64,000 nt of DNA. It comes from an uncultured Oceanospirillaceae bacterium (GTDB taxonomy: Bacteria > Pseudomonadota > Gammaproteobacteria > Pseudomonadales > Balneatricaceae). The stretch is from assembly GCA_965366045.1 (NCBI GenBank), contig CBDUDU010000001.1:20044-84043 (forward strand), given 5' to 3'. Positions 34,909-45,715 of this stretch are shown piece by piece (position 1 is the stretch's first letter; each line of letters starts with the position of its first letter). The notes beneath the pieces are model-generated. The model ran no database searches, was not told the origin of the DNA, and saw only the letters and a program-made list of their open reading frames with translations. Position numbers and translations under genes: made by a program.

Positions 34909-35973
34909 ATGACACAATCCCAGACCTGGCTGCTTATCGTGGTGAGCCTTATTATTGTCATGCTTTTGTACAGCTTGCAGGCGGTGTTAACCCCGTTTTT
35001 TGTGGGCATCGGTATCGCTTATATGGCTGACCCGTTTGCCGATCGATTAGAGGCACGCGGATGGTCGCGTACGCTTGCCACTTGTGTGGTATTTTTGGTG
35101 TTAACCCTTACTGTGGTGGCAATGTTGGTTGGCTTAGTGCCTTTGGTGGTGAAGCAAATTCAAACCCTAATTTACATGCTGCCGCAGGTTGAAACTTGGT
35201 ATAACTTGGTGTTGTTACCTTGGTTACAAGACACCCTGGCGATCGATATTAAAAGCCTAAAGCTAGACATTGTTACTGAAGGCCTTGCTGCCGAGTGGAA
35301 GCAGGCTGGTGGTATCATTTCACGGTTAGTAAAATACGCTACATCCTCGACTATCAGCCTTATTTCAACCTTAGGTTCCATGGCCATGGTGCCGGTGGTG
35401 GCGTTTTACTTGCTGCGCGATTTTGATTTGCTAACCGGCAAAATCAATGCCTTGTTACCACGTAATATTCAACCCAAGGTGAGCGCTTGGGCGAACGAGA
35501 GCGACGAGGTATTGGCGGCTTTTGTTCGGGGCCAGTTGCTGGTGATGCTGTGCCTAAGTGTTATTTATGCCTTGGGACTGAGCTTACTGGGCCTCAACTA
35601 CGCTTTGCTGATTGGTATCTTGGCAGGCTTAGCGAGCATCGTGCCTTATTTGGGTTTTGCTGTGGGGATAGCCGCGGCCATGATCATCGCTTTGTTCCAA
35701 TTTGACGGTTATGGGCCGTTAATGATGGTGTTTGCAGTGTTTGGCGTGGGCCAACTAATCGAGAGTTTTGTACTGACCCCGTTATTGGTAGGTGATCGTA
35801 TTGGTTTACATCCTGTGGCCGTTATATTTGCCATATTGTCCGGTGGCCAATTGTTTGGTTTCCTCGGGGTGCTCCTGGCCTTACCCGTTGCGGCTGTGAT
35901 TATGGTATTGTTACGCCATCTTCACACCGGCTATATTAATAGCCCACTTTATGGCCAACAGGACCCTGAATGA
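34909..35973 (+). CDS. AI-2E family transporter
   Basis: multi-TM, PVVAFYLLRD, FVRGQL, LTP.LVGDRIGLHP. Confidence 0.92.
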   Translation: MTQSQTWLLIVVSLIIVMLLYSLQAVLTPFFVGIGIAYMADPFADRLEARGWSRTLATCVVFLVLTLTVVAMLVGLVPLVVKQIQTLIYMLPQVETWYNLVLLPWLQDTLAIDIKSLKLDIVTEGLAAEWKQAGGIISRLVKYATSSTISLISTLGSMAMVPVVAFYLLRDFDLLTGKINALLPRNIQPKVSAWANESDEVLAAFVRGQLLVMLCLSVIYALGLSLLGLNYALLIGILAGLASIVPYLGFAVGIAAAMIIALFQFDGYGPLMMVFAVFGVGQLIESFVLTPLLVGDRIGLHPVAVIFAILSGGQLFGFLGVLLALPVAAVIMVLLRHLHTGYINSPLYGQQDPE

Positions 35974-36722
35974 TTGCACCTTCTGCAACTGTAACACCGG
36001 CTAAACCAACCACCAGTTGCTCACCTCAACTCACATTAGGCGTCACCTTAAATGCCCAACAGCAATTAGGTGACTTTAATTTTAGTGGTGCGCCTGCGTT
36101 GTTAAAAACCTTAGAGACGTTGGTGTTTTCTCAGCACGGAGAATGTTTGTACGTGTATGGCCAAGCTGGTGTAGGCAAAAGCCATTTATTGCAGGGTTGT
36201 GTGTTAATGGCACAAGAGGCTGGCGCAGACACGGTCTTTATAAGTGGTACAGAATTGCTAAAAATACCTGCTCAGCAAGCAAACGAGTGCCTTGCGGGTT
36301 TAGAAGGCGTGTCCTTGTTGTGTATAGATGATTTAGACCAACTGATTGCCAATTTAGACTGGGCCCAAGCATGGTTTCATCTATACAATCAACTCATGCA
36401 ACGGGGTGGCTGCATAGTCGCGTCTTCTAATAGCAGCCCACGGCAGGTAGACTGTGCTCTTGAAGACTTGCGTTCACGACTGCAGTTAGCCAACGTGTTT
36501 CAGTTGCAGCCCTTAGATGACGACGCCTGTGCGCTAATGTTGCAAACCAAGGCGAAACAAAAGGGTTTAGAGTTAAGTGATGAGCTCGTGGCCTTTGTGT
36601 TAGCGCGTAGTGCTCGGGGCTTGCCCAATTTGCTGGCCGTGTTAGACCAGCTGGATGCAGCGTCTTGGCATGAAAAAAGGCGCATAACCATTCCTTTTGT
36701 AAAACAAATCATGCGCTGGTAG
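35970..36722 (+). CDS. hda: DnaA regulatory inactivator Hda
   Basis: QL.L clamp motif, GQAGVGKSHLL, DLRSRL, RRITIPFVK. Confidence 0.9.
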   Translation: MIAPSATVTPAKPTTSCSPQLTLGVTLNAQQQLGDFNFSGAPALLKTLETLVFSQHGECLYVYGQAGVGKSHLLQGCVLMAQEAGADTVFISGTELLKIPAQQANECLAGLEGVSLLCIDDLDQLIANLDWAQAWFHLYNQLMQRGGCIVASSNSSPRQVDCALEDLRSRLQLANVFQLQPLDDDACALMLQTKAKQKGLELSDELVAFVLARSARGLPNLLAVLDQLDAASWHEKRRITIPFVKQIMRW

Positions 36723-36758
36723 TTTTTATTAAGGCCGGCAGTAACAAGGATTAACAAC

Positions 36759-37478
36759 ATGGGATTGATTTATAGTGCTGGGCTGGTGGCCAGTTTGGTA
36801 TTGTTGTCAGCCTGCAGTAGTACACCGCAGCAAGTTGAACCACAAGTGAGCGATACGCAAGACCCGTGGCAGCAATTGAACCGTAAAACCCATGTTTTTA
36901 ATACCGTGTTAGACGAAAAATTGCTAGTGCCGGTGGTGAACGTTTATAAAGACGTGGCTCCAGACCCAGTAGAAAAGGGCGTGACTAACTTCTTTTCTAA
37001 CTTGAGTGATGTGGGCAACATGCTTAATCATGGTTTGCAGTTTAAACCGCTACAAGTCGGTAAAGACCTAAGCCGCTTGGTAATCAATACCACCCTTGGT
37101 TTGGGTGGCTTAATTGATGTTGCATCAGACTTAGGCATTTACCAACAACCGGAAGACTTTGGGCAAACCCTGGGTTATTGGGGTGTTAAGCCCGGACCAT
37201 ATTTAGTACTACCATTTTTAGGGCCAAGTACTTTAAGAGACGCTGGGGCCACACTAATCGATGCAGGATCGAGCCCCATCAATCAATATGACCCGGTAGT
37301 ACACCAGTTTGTGATCTACGGTTTTCTAGTGATTGACCATCGGCGCCAACTGGGTGACCTAGAAACCTTGATTAGCGGCGACCCTTACGTCTTTATACGT
37401 GAGGCATACTTACAGCGACGTGAGTACCTGATAAGTGATGGGGTGCCGAGCGAAGATGATGAGTTTGATGATTTTTAA
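36759..37478 (+). CDS. mlaA: VacJ/MlaA lipoprotein
   Basis: lipobox LSAC, DPW..LNR, EDFGQTLG.WG, GPYLVLPFLGPST.RD. Confidence 0.93.
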   Translation: MGLIYSAGLVASLVLLSACSSTPQQVEPQVSDTQDPWQQLNRKTHVFNTVLDEKLLVPVVNVYKDVAPDPVEKGVTNFFSNLSDVGNMLNHGLQFKPLQVGKDLSRLVINTTLGLGGLIDVASDLGIYQQPEDFGQTLGYWGVKPGPYLVLPFLGPSTLRDAGATLIDAGSSPINQYDPVVHQFVIYGFLVIDHRRQLGDLETLISGDPYVFIREAYLQRREYLISDGVPSEDDEFDDF

Positions 37479-37571
37479 GACTACGACTATAGTTCTACTT
37501 GTCAACGGCAAGTAAAGAGCATATTGTTGCGCTATTAGGCTCACGTTACCGAGTCTGGAGTAAGTAGTACT

Positions 37572-38765
37572 ATGGAACCTGACGTCAGTCAGATCCTGAT
37601 CGTTGCAGACGATCTCGACCTTAAACACCAGTTGACACAACATTATGCGGCCCACGCTTATCATGTGACGTCCACAAATGACCCAATGCACGCCTTGGAC
37701 TATTTAACCCAAGAAGCGGTGACCTTGGTATTATTTCAATATCATCAAAATCAACCCACCTTAACTGCACTGCTTCAAGATATGCTTGAAAAGTGCGCCG
37801 AAATCCCTCTTGTTGTACTCACAGAAATTGACGGTGTAGAAACCATCACCAACTTGTTGCGCCTAGGGGTAACGGATGTGTTTGATTTGCCTGTAAGTGC
37901 TATGGCTGAGTTAGATGTTAGCGTCAATCGCCATGTCCAGCGCTCGAAATTATTCTACGAAAACGTTCGTTACCGCCAAGAGCTAGAACTGGTTCACCGT
38001 CAGGTGAACAAAAATCTAGCGGAATTGCAGCAAGACCAAATAGCAGGGCGCTTGATTCAGCAACGGATGATGCCGCCAGAGTCCTGTAGTATCAATGGTC
38101 TTACCATGCAGCGATATATGAAGTCTTCGCTGTATTTAAGTGGTGATTTTATTGACCATATTCGCCTTGATGACGACAGAGTGTTGTTTTATCTAGCGGA
38201 TGTTTCTGGCCACGGTGCCTCCTCTGCATTTTTAACCGTGTTGCTGAAAAATATTACTAATCGTGTGGCCCGCGATTTGCTTGCGGCTGATGGGCAGGGC
38301 GTAATTTCACCCGCTAAGGTAATGACGCAAATTAATGGTGAACTGTTAGATTTTGATATGGATAAACACATGACGATCTTTATGGGCGTAATGGACTGTA
38401 ACAGCGCCCATCTAACTTACTGTGTGGGCGGCCATATGCCGATGCCTCTGTTGTCACAACAGGGTGAAGTTGAGTATCTGCAAGGCATAGGCAGCGGCCT
38501 ACCCGTGGGTTTGTTTGAAGACGCGGAATATACCGATTTGGAACAGCAAATGGCACCGGATTTTAACTTGCTGTTGAGTTCTGACGGTATTTTTGAAGTA
38601 TTGCCCAGCGATCAGTTGGCCGATAAAGAAGACCAGCTACGGAGTATGTTTAAACTCGGTGGCAGTAGTTTAGACGGGTTGGTTGATGCTTTGCAGCTTG
38701 ACCAGCTCGATGCGGTGCCCGATGACATTGCTTTGCTAAATATGTGTGGTACGCAACATGCTTAA
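37572..38765 (+). CDS. RssB-like receiver + PP2C/SpoIIE phosphatase
   Basis: receiver-like N-terminus; GDFID, ADVSGHG, SDG, DDI phosphatase motifs; synteny with vacJ, rssC and tal. Confidence 0.85.
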   Translation: MEPDVSQILIVADDLDLKHQLTQHYAAHAYHVTSTNDPMHALDYLTQEAVTLVLFQYHQNQPTLTALLQDMLEKCAEIPLVVLTEIDGVETITNLLRLGVTDVFDLPVSAMAELDVSVNRHVQRSKLFYENVRYRQELELVHRQVNKNLAELQQDQIAGRLIQQRMMPPESCSINGLTMQRYMKSSLYLSGDFIDHIRLDDDRVLFYLADVSGHGASSAFLTVLLKNITNRVARDLLAADGQGVISPAKVMTQINGELLDFDMDKHMTIFMGVMDCNSAHLTYCVGGHMPMPLLSQQGEVEYLQGIGSGLPVGLFEDAEYTDLEQQMAPDFNLLLSSDGIFEVLPSDQLADKEDQLRSMFKLGGSSLDGLVDALQLDQLDAVPDDIALLNMCGTQHA

Positions 38766-39249
38766 AGGCCGTATCTTAGTAGTAGACCATGACGGTACTC
38801 ACGTATTGAAATTTTTGGGTGATGTACGGCTCACTTTATGCCCAGCCTTGGATCAGTATTTAGACAACATCTTTAACAGCCGCCACTTTAAAACCATATT
38901 AATAGATCTTACCGAAACTCAAGGTATAGATTCGACATCGTTAGGTATGCTGGCAAAAATGTCTATTCGGATGAAAAAACAAATGGGTTTTGTACCCACC
39001 TTGGTGTCTGTTAATGACAACATTACCCGCGTATTGCTGAGCATGGGGTTTGAAAAAGTGTTTGTATTGGTAAAGCACTTAGATGAAGACCCAGAGCCCA
39101 TGCAAGAACTGGCAGAAGGGGACTTTTCTGACCTCAGCGTACAACAAAAAGTACTAGAGGCGCACCGTACTCTGATGGGCATGAACCAAAAAAACCGCCA
39201 AGAGTTTAAAAACCTGGTGGATGTTTTAGAATCTCAGTGTGTGATCTAG
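38758..39249 (+). CDS. STAS-domain anti-sigma antagonist (RssC-like)
   Basis: [11 protein letters not shown]....[17 protein letters not shown]. Confidence 0.88.
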   Translation: MLKGRILVVDHDGTHVLKFLGDVRLTLCPALDQYLDNIFNSRHFKTILIDLTETQGIDSTSLGMLAKMSIRMKKQMGFVPTLVSVNDNITRVLLSMGFEKVFVLVKHLDEDPEPMQELAEGDFSDLSVQQKVLEAHRTLMGMNQKNRQEFKNLVDVLESQCVI

Positions 39250-40190
39250 CCTAACAAGGCTTCCAACTTTTCCTGATCCCGAGTGAAGTTACGAATGCCT
39301 TCTGCTAACTTCTCAGTGGCCATAGCATCTTCATTGTGCATCCAGCGAAAATCAGCTTGGTTTAAACTAAGCTTAGCTTGCGCTTCAATCACTTGTTCGC
39401 CATTTAGCTGTTGAACAAGCTCGCCTGAGTCGTCTGCTAAATCCTGCATCAGGGCAGGGCTAATGGTCAAACGGTCACAACCAGCAAGTTGTTCAATTTC
39501 TTGTGTGTTTCTGAAGCTGGCGCCCATGACGACAGTCTTGTAACCATGTTGTTTGTAGTAATCAAAAATTTTGCTTACCGAAATAACACCAGGATCTTCT
39601 GCCGGCTCAAAACCATCCACCTTCATAGACGCTTTGTACCAATCCATAATGCGGCCTACAAAGGGTGATATGAGATAAACCCCCGCTTCGGCGCAGGCAA
39701 TGGCTTGGGCAAAACTAAACAATAAGGTTAAGTTGCAGTTGATGCCTTGTTGTTCAAGCTGTTTTCCGGCTTGAATGCCTTCCCATGTAGAGGCGATTTT
39801 AATCAATACGCGGTCTTTATCGATACCTTGTTGCTGGTATAGATCAATGATTTTTAGCGCCCGAGTTACGGTCGCTTCGGTGTCGAAAGACAAACGAGAA
39901 TCCACTTCTGTAGAAATTCTGCCAGGTACAGCGCTAAGAATTTCTTTGCCAATAGCGACTGCAAGGTAATCACAAGTATTGTCCATTTGTACTTGGCTGT
40001 TACCGCCTTGAGAGGCCGACCATTGCTTAGCCTCAGTTAATAAGTGGGCGTAAGCAGGCATTTGAGCAGCTTTTAATACTAACGATGGGTTAGTGGTGGC
40101 GTCTTGTGGTTGGTATTGCTTAATGGCTTCTAATTCGCCCGTGTCGGCTACTACGGTGGTCATGGCTTTAAGCTGTTGTAGTTTATTCAT
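39246..40190 (-). CDS. tal: transaldolase
   Basis: [31 protein letters not shown]. Confidence 0.98.
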   Translation of the reverse strand: MNKLQQLKAMTTVVADTGELEAIKQYQPQDATTNPSLVLKAAQMPAYAHLLTEAKQWSASQGGNSQVQMDNTCDYLAVAIGKEILSAVPGRISTEVDSRLSFDTEATVTRALKIIDLYQQQGIDKDRVLIKIASTWEGIQAGKQLEQQGINCNLTLLFSFAQAIACAEAGVYLISPFVGRIMDWYKASMKVDGFEPAEDPGVISVSKIFDYYKQHGYKTVVMGASFRNTQEIEQLAGCDRLTISPALMQDLADDSGELVQQLNGEQVIEAQAKLSLNQADFRWMHNEDAMATEKLAEGIRNFTRDQEKLEALLG

Positions 40191-41206
40191 TGTGGGTCAT
40201 CAATCTCTTTTGTAGGTGTTGGCGCTAGTTCAACTAAGTCTAATGCGTCGTACATCACTTGTATGTTGGCGTTGGTGCCATGGATATTATCACTAATATG
40301 GCGGCGTAGGGCACGGGCTCCGGGTATTCCTTGAAATAGACCCATAATATGACCACTCATATGGTGTAGTGAGGTACCTTTTTCGTGTTGTTGCTGCATG
40401 TAAGTAAAGTAGGCCAAGGCCGCAGTTTTTCGCTCGGGAACAGCTAGGTGACTTGCAAACAGTTGTTGGTCCACCTCAGTTAGCAAGGCGCTGTTGTGAT
40501 AAGCGGCACGGCCTAACATGACCCCATCCACATGCTGCAGGTGTTGTTTACAGGCATCGAGGTTATCGATACCACCATTAATGACAATTTCCAAGTCTGG
40601 AAAGTCTGCTTTTAGGCGATACACTTTGTCGTATTGCAAGGGCGGTATGTCACGATTTTGTTTAGGTGATAGACCTTTCAATATGGCATTGCGAGCATGC
40701 ACCATGAAGGTGTCGCAGCCGCTTTGGCTGACGTGATCAACGAAGCTGGCTAACACATCGTAACTGTCTTCATTATCAATACCTATGCGGTGCTTAATGG
40801 TAACTGGGATGTCTACCGACTCAATCATGGCCGACATACAGTCGCTCACCAACTGCGGGTGAGCCATAAGGCAGGCGCCTATCATGTTGTTTTGTACTTT
40901 ATCGCTTGGGCAGCCGACATTAAGGTTTATTTCGTCGTAGCCATAGTCTGCGCCAATGCGGGCACATTGTTCCAACTCCTGGGTATTAGAGCCGCCTAGC
41001 TGGAGAACGACTGGGTGCTCTACATCGGCATAACCCAATAAGTATTCTTGATCGCCGTTAAGAATAGCGCCAGTGGTGATCATTTCGGTGAACAACAACG
41101 CATTTTGGCTGAGTTGTCGTGCCAAAAAACGGTAGTGCCGGTCTGTGACATCGATCATTGGCGCCACAGAAAACCGACGATTCAGGCGTTGATTGCTACT
41201 TGTCAT
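40187..41206 (-). CDS. dusA: tRNA dihydrouridine(20/20a) synthase
   Basis: [35 protein letters not shown]. Confidence 0.95.
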   Translation of the reverse strand: MTSSNQRLNRRFSVAPMIDVTDRHYRFLARQLSQNALLFTEMITTGAILNGDQEYLLGYADVEHPVVLQLGGSNTQELEQCARIGADYGYDEINLNVGCPSDKVQNNMIGACLMAHPQLVSDCMSAMIESVDIPVTIKHRIGIDNEDSYDVLASFVDHVSQSGCDTFMVHARNAILKGLSPKQNRDIPPLQYDKVYRLKADFPDLEIVINGGIDNLDACKQHLQHVDGVMLGRAAYHNSALLTEVDQQLFASHLAVPERKTAALAYFTYMQQQHEKGTSLHHMSGHIMGLFQGIPGARALRRHISDNIHGTNANIQVMYDALDLVELAPTPTKEIDDPQ

Positions 41207-41209
41207 GGT

Positions 41210-42142
41210 TTAGTAGCCTGTATTGCGGTTGATTAAACCGGTAATAGGTTGATTTGATAATATGGCCTTAAGCTTGCTACCAATTTGTTGCACACAGACG
41301 TGATGTTCAGACTGAGCGGCACAATGAGGTGTTAATAGTATTTTTGAGTGCTGCCAAAATGCATGTTGCGGATCTAACGGTTCTTGTTCAAACACGTCCA
41401 ACACGGCACCACGTAAATGGCCTGAATCCAATAAATTGATAAGGTCTGCGGCAACTATGTGCCCGCCGCGGGCACCATTAATTACCACTGCGCCCATTGG
41501 TAGTTGGCTTAAATGCTGATGGTTGAGAATGCCCCGAGTTGCAGGGGTTAGGGGCAGTAAACAGCATAGGGCATCGGTACGTTGGAGGAACTCCTGCAAC
41601 TGATCATCGCCGGAATAGGTGGTCAGACCCTCGAGGTGTTTTTTACTTCGGCTCCAGCCGGCAACGTCAAAACCATAAGCTTTTAAATGGTCTGCCAGGT
41701 GGCTACCAAGCTGGCCTAAGCCTAATATGCCTACTCTAAATTGTTGAGGCGATTTAACGGCATTAACCTGCCAATGGTGTTGCTTTTGTTGTTGCTGGTA
41801 CAGGTCCATGTCTCGGTAGTAATGCAGCAAAAAGTAACTAAAATACTCGTTCATCTGCTGCGCCATGCCGCCGTCTTCTATACGTATAATTTGCACCTGT
41901 TCAGGCACTGCAGGGTTACTTAGTATGGCATCTACGCCGGCACCTAAATTAAACACCGCCTTTAGGTTAGGGAAGCGCTGGAAATAAGCCGAGCTAGGTT
42001 GCCAAACAATACCGTATTCAACCGCTTGAGTATCAACAACGCTGTGCCAATCTTGGATGTTAAGTTGTGGAAATTGACGTTCGAATTCAGTGAGCCAAAG
42101 GTGGTTTGATTCACTGTCAGTAAATAATGCACAGGGGTTCAT
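41210..42142 (-). CDS. ghrA: glyoxylate/hydroxypyruvate reductase A-like 2-hydroxyacid dehydrogenase
   Basis: GAGVD, GILGLGQLG, NGARG, LDVFEQEPL, TPH.AA; ATG overlaps the azlD stop (TAATG). Confidence 0.85.
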   Translation of the reverse strand: MNPCALFTDSESNHLWLTEFERQFPQLNIQDWHSVVDTQAVEYGIVWQPSSAYFQRFPNLKAVFNLGAGVDAILSNPAVPEQVQIIRIEDGGMAQQMNEYFSYFLLHYYRDMDLYQQQQKQHHWQVNAVKSPQQFRVGILGLGQLGSHLADHLKAYGFDVAGWSRSKKHLEGLTTYSGDDQLQEFLQRTDALCCLLPLTPATRGILNHQHLSQLPMGAVVINGARGGHIVAADLINLLDSGHLRGAVLDVFEQEPLDPQHAFWQHSKILLTPHCAAQSEHHVCVQQIGSKLKAILSNQPITGLINRNTGY

Positions 42143-42459
42143 TAGATCATCATCCATTTAAAAATAACAAAGCTGAGCATACCCACCACAATAGTTGTGA
42201 GCAAATGCTGGCGCCAAAACCCAACGACACCAGCGACTAAGGCTGCCCAAAAGTAGGGGTTGGCAAAACTTACATCAAGCTGGCCATTAGGCATTAATAT
42301 TAACGGCGCAATAATAGCGGTTAATACCACTGGCGGCACAAAGGTGAGTGATTGATTGAGCCATAGAGGGAAGCGAATGCGGCCCGCCATAGCAAACATA
42401 ATATAGCGCACGGGAAAGGTGACCAGCGCCATGCCAGTAATCATTAAGGTTTCGTTCAT
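42142..42459 (-). CDS. azlD: AzlD family membrane protein
   Basis: [22 protein letters not shown]; ATGA-coupled to azlC. Confidence 0.85.
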   Translation of the reverse strand: MNETLMITGMALVTFPVRYIMFAMAGRIRFPLWLNQSLTFVPPVVLTAIIAPLILMPNGQLDVSFANPYFWAALVAGVVGFWRQHLLTTIVVGMLSFVIFKWMMI

Positions 42460-43202
42460 AACTTGCGCTCCTCGGTGGCGGCCGCCGTTGCCTTTGCGAG
42501 TCGAATGCGGATGTCGATCTGTTGGCTGGCGTAGCCGATACAAATGCCAGATAAGGCGGCGATGACTAAACCTAACTGGTGTGGTAAGTCACGTAGCACT
42601 AATGCAAAAGCCGCCGCGCTGATCACCGATAACCACATGGGTTTATTACGCAAGTAAGGGATTACCAGGCCTAAAAAGGTCACCGACATGGCAAAATCTA
42701 AGCCCCACTGAGTCATATCAGGGAACAGCTCCCCTAAACCAATACCCAGCCAAGTACACACTTGCCAGTTGCTATACATAGCCACTATCGAGCCTAAAAA
42801 GAACCAGTGGGCGTGCTTCGTGTCTGAACGGCCTAAATACCGACTGTTAACGGCTGCAAAAGACTCATCGGTTAATCCAAAGGCTAATACGGCGCGCCAA
42901 GCCTGAGATAAATGACTCACCTTGTCCACCAGCGATGTGGCATAGAGCAAGTGGCGTAAATTCACTACAAAGGTGGTGGCCACGATAAGAACCGGGCCCA
43001 CGCCCGCTGCTAATAACCCCACCGCAATAAACTGAGATGAACCTGCAAATACAAATAACGACATGGCCATAGCAGCCAAGATGGACAGGCCGCTGGGTTC
43101 TGCCAAAGTGCCAAAAATAATGCCAAAAGGAATAGCTCCAATGATTAACGGAATAGTGGCTTTAGCGCCGTTGATAAATTCTGTGGACTTGCTTAAGAAC
43201 AT
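42456..43202 (-). CDS. azlC: AzlC family branched-chain amino acid exporter
   Basis: [28 protein letters not shown]. Confidence 0.92.
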   Translation of the reverse strand: MFLSKSTEFINGAKATIPLIIGAIPFGIIFGTLAEPSGLSILAAMAMSLFVFAGSSQFIAVGLLAAGVGPVLIVATTFVVNLRHLLYATSLVDKVSHLSQAWRAVLAFGLTDESFAAVNSRYLGRSDTKHAHWFFLGSIVAMYSNWQVCTWLGIGLGELFPDMTQWGLDFAMSVTFLGLVIPYLRNKPMWLSVISAAAFALVLRDLPHQLGLVIAALSGICIGYASQQIDIRIRLAKATAAATEERKL

Positions 43203-43362
43203 GGCTAAGGTCGAGTGGAGAAACTAAACAGCCATTATACTAGCACTGATAAAAGGAGCAATTGTTTCGCAATCGTTTGCTATGATAAAAGTGCCGTTCG
43301 TCATAGGCCATTGGTCGCTTACAATGGACGGTCAGGCGGTTACAGGTACATCATGAATAAAT

Positions 43363-43677
43363 GTGAATGCTTATGCCATACAGCACCCAGGTTCAGATGA
43401 TCGCCAAAGTATCCAGTCGGTTGGCGTGCATTTGATAAGACTCTGTTTATTTTTAGAACACGGACTTACACCAGAAAATGCAAATGACGCCATGCTCGCC
43501 GCCGGTAAAAATAAGAGTTCGTTCTATGTTCTCGAACCACCAAAAACATTAGGGTCAATCACTGCAGCAGATATAGTGAAGGAACAAACAGTGGATGGGC
43601 ATAAAGCCGCTGTACGAAAGAGGGCTCAAGAGGCTTGGAACACATGGTCACAGCATCATGAGACTATTAGGATGTGA
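43363..43677 (+). pseudogene. N-terminally truncated DUF5946-like protein
   Basis: NAYAIQHPG...SVGVHLIRLCL pattern recalled from DUF5946; GTG start with no RBS and no recognisable N-terminal part. Confidence 0.5.
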
Positions 43678-43772
43678 TGACCAAAAAGATAAATCACCCA
43701 GATTGAACCGAGTATGGTGTAAACGTCAGTTATGGCCTTCAAAACTAGAGACTTGCTCTGGTGTTGTTACCC

Positions 43773-44696
43773 TCAATAATGCGATTTTTCTGGGTAGATT
43801 GGGCTGTCTTTTTGGCGCCACAGGGTTTGTTTTATGAGGCTCCAGTAGCTCCTGTAATAATAACCGCCATTACGCTGCAGGATTGATTGGCGATGGCATT
43901 GCCAGTGTCCATACACCATAAACCATGGCATCTGAGGGAACTCGTGGTGCACCTGATGTATGTTTACATTCATAAACAATACGCGGGTAAACCAAGAGCC
44001 CTCCACAATGGCGCAACGCTCATGGTTATTGTCGCCGGGCCTGTGCTCGGCATAAGATCTGGCTAAGGTGAGACTTAAACCTGGCCATACGCAAAACACC
44101 AGGTATTGCCACCACAGAATCCCTTGGCTGTGGAGCCACATCATCATTGCGCTCACTAAAAAAAGGTGTAGCCCCCAGTTGTTCCAGTCGTAAAGCTTGC
44201 CCTTGACTAACTGTTTTACTTCACTGTGTAAAAAAAGCCCCATTACCAGCCACGGCCCAATGATCATGCGGCCCATAAACGTGTGGTTAACCCGCCACAA
44301 TTTCCGCATTAAACGCCCCATGGAGTGCCATTTTCTGGGCCAGTGATAGTAGCTTTCTGGGTCTAACCCAGGTTGGGTTAGAACAGTCGTTTGGTGGTGT
44401 AAGAGATGGTGGTCGCGGTATTGGTAATAGGGTATCCACATGCTTAACGGTGGCCAGCCTAAGGCATCGTTAAGGCGCTTCCATGGGCTTGGGTGGCCGT
44501 GTATGAGTTCGTGTTGGATGCTGCCATGTAGGCACAACAGAAGCGCGCAAAGGGGCGAAACCAACCACCAAGATAGTAAACTGGCGTAATTCATTAACAT
44601 GACCCAAGCCCCATAAACGCCTACCATCAATGCCCAAGTGGGCCAGTGATGACGCTGCCATAGTGGACTCAGTTTGGTTTCTGACGTGTGCTGCAT
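43773..44696 (-). CDS. fatty acid desaturase family membrane di-iron enzyme
   Basis: His boxes HGSIQHELIH, RDHHLLHH, HQVHH; TM helices. Confidence 0.9.
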   Translation of the reverse strand: MQHTSETKLSPLWQRHHWPTWALMVGVYGAWVMLMNYASLLSWWLVSPLCALLLCLHGSIQHELIHGHPSPWKRLNDALGWPPLSMWIPYYQYRDHHLLHHQTTVLTQPGLDPESYYHWPRKWHSMGRLMRKLWRVNHTFMGRMIIGPWLVMGLFLHSEVKQLVKGKLYDWNNWGLHLFLVSAMMMWLHSQGILWWQYLVFCVWPGLSLTLARSYAEHRPGDNNHERCAIVEGSWFTRVLFMNVNIHQVHHEFPQMPWFMVYGHWQCHRQSILQRNGGYYYRSYWSLIKQTLWRQKDSPIYPEKSHY

Positions 44697-44795
44697 GGCT
44701 ATTAGGCTTAGGCTTGATTGTTGAAGGGTTGCAAGATAGCCTAGCGGTTACATTGTGACAATAGACACTTATTGCGCATTCTCAATATTTTGGTG

Positions 44796-44816
44796 TGTTG
44801 GTACAACATATGTTGT
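44796..44816. promoter_or_regulatory. overlapping palindromes, candidate XRE operator
   Basis: TGTTG-GTA-CAACA overlapping a perfect ACAACATATGTTGT in a divergent spacer. Confidence 0.55.
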
Positions 44817-44848
44817 TTAGGTACAAATGTTACTGGCGATTGAGGTAA

Positions 44849-45712
44849 ATGATGAACAGCCAAGAAAGGGTATTCCGTGTGCAGATATTTCGCAGCAGGC
44901 TTTTACAAGCCATGACTAACAGAAATATCAAACGCTCAGGCCTAGCTCAAGCCATTGGTGTGGACCGGTCAACCTTATCTCAATTGTTAGCCACAGATAA
45001 TGACCGCTTACCTAGAGTAGATACTCTCATGGCGATTGCATCTAAACTGCAGATTAGTGTGGATTGGTTGCTTGGTTTAACCAGTGAAGCGCGCTCTGGC
45101 GCAGAAATATTAAGCCAATCGTTGCAATTGACGCCAAGTTTGCCGCTGCCTTCCGATGGCAGTTTAAGGCTTTGGCACAAAGAGGCGGTGGGTAGCAAAG
45201 TTCGTTATGTGCCGGCTAATTTACCAGACTTGGTTAAAACCCAAGCTGTATTGGCCTGTGAATATGGCCAGTTTGAAAACGTGAGCCTAGAGCAAGTGAT
45301 GGAAACCACCAAAGAACGTTATCAAGCGACCCTACAGCCGGGTAGTGATCTGGAAATTTGTATGTCGGTACAGCGCTTGGAAGGCTTTGCTAACGGTGAA
45401 GGCATGTGGCAAACCCTGAGTGTTACAGATCGACGTGATCAATTAGAGTGGTTTGCTCAAGTGGCCGATGAGCTTTATCCAAAATTGCGGCTATATTTAT
45501 TTAATGAAAGTCGCAACTACGCCTCACCTTACACAATTTTTGGTACTAAGCGCTGCGCTGTATACCTTGGGCATATGTATTTTGTATTTAATACCACGGA
45601 CCATGTGCAAACGTTAACGGGCCATTTTGATGGGCTAATACGGGCGGCTGAGGTTCAGTCTCATGAGTTGAAAGATTGGATACATAAGTTGCTTAAAGAG
45701 ATGGGAGAATAG
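44849..45712 (+). CDS. XRE-family HTH regulator with large C-terminal domain
   Basis: LAQAIGVDRSTLSQL...P..DTL..IA..L.ISVDWLLGL. Confidence 0.88.
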   Translation: MMNSQERVFRVQIFRSRLLQAMTNRNIKRSGLAQAIGVDRSTLSQLLATDNDRLPRVDTLMAIASKLQISVDWLLGLTSEARSGAEILSQSLQLTPSLPLPSDGSLRLWHKEAVGSKVRYVPANLPDLVKTQAVLACEYGQFENVSLEQVMETTKERYQATLQPGSDLEICMSVQRLEGFANGEGMWQTLSVTDRRDQLEWFAQVADELYPKLRLYLFNESRNYASPYTIFGTKRCAVYLGHMYFVFNTTDHVQTLTGHFDGLIRAAEVQSHELKDWIHKLLKEMGE

Positions 45713-45715
45713 GTC

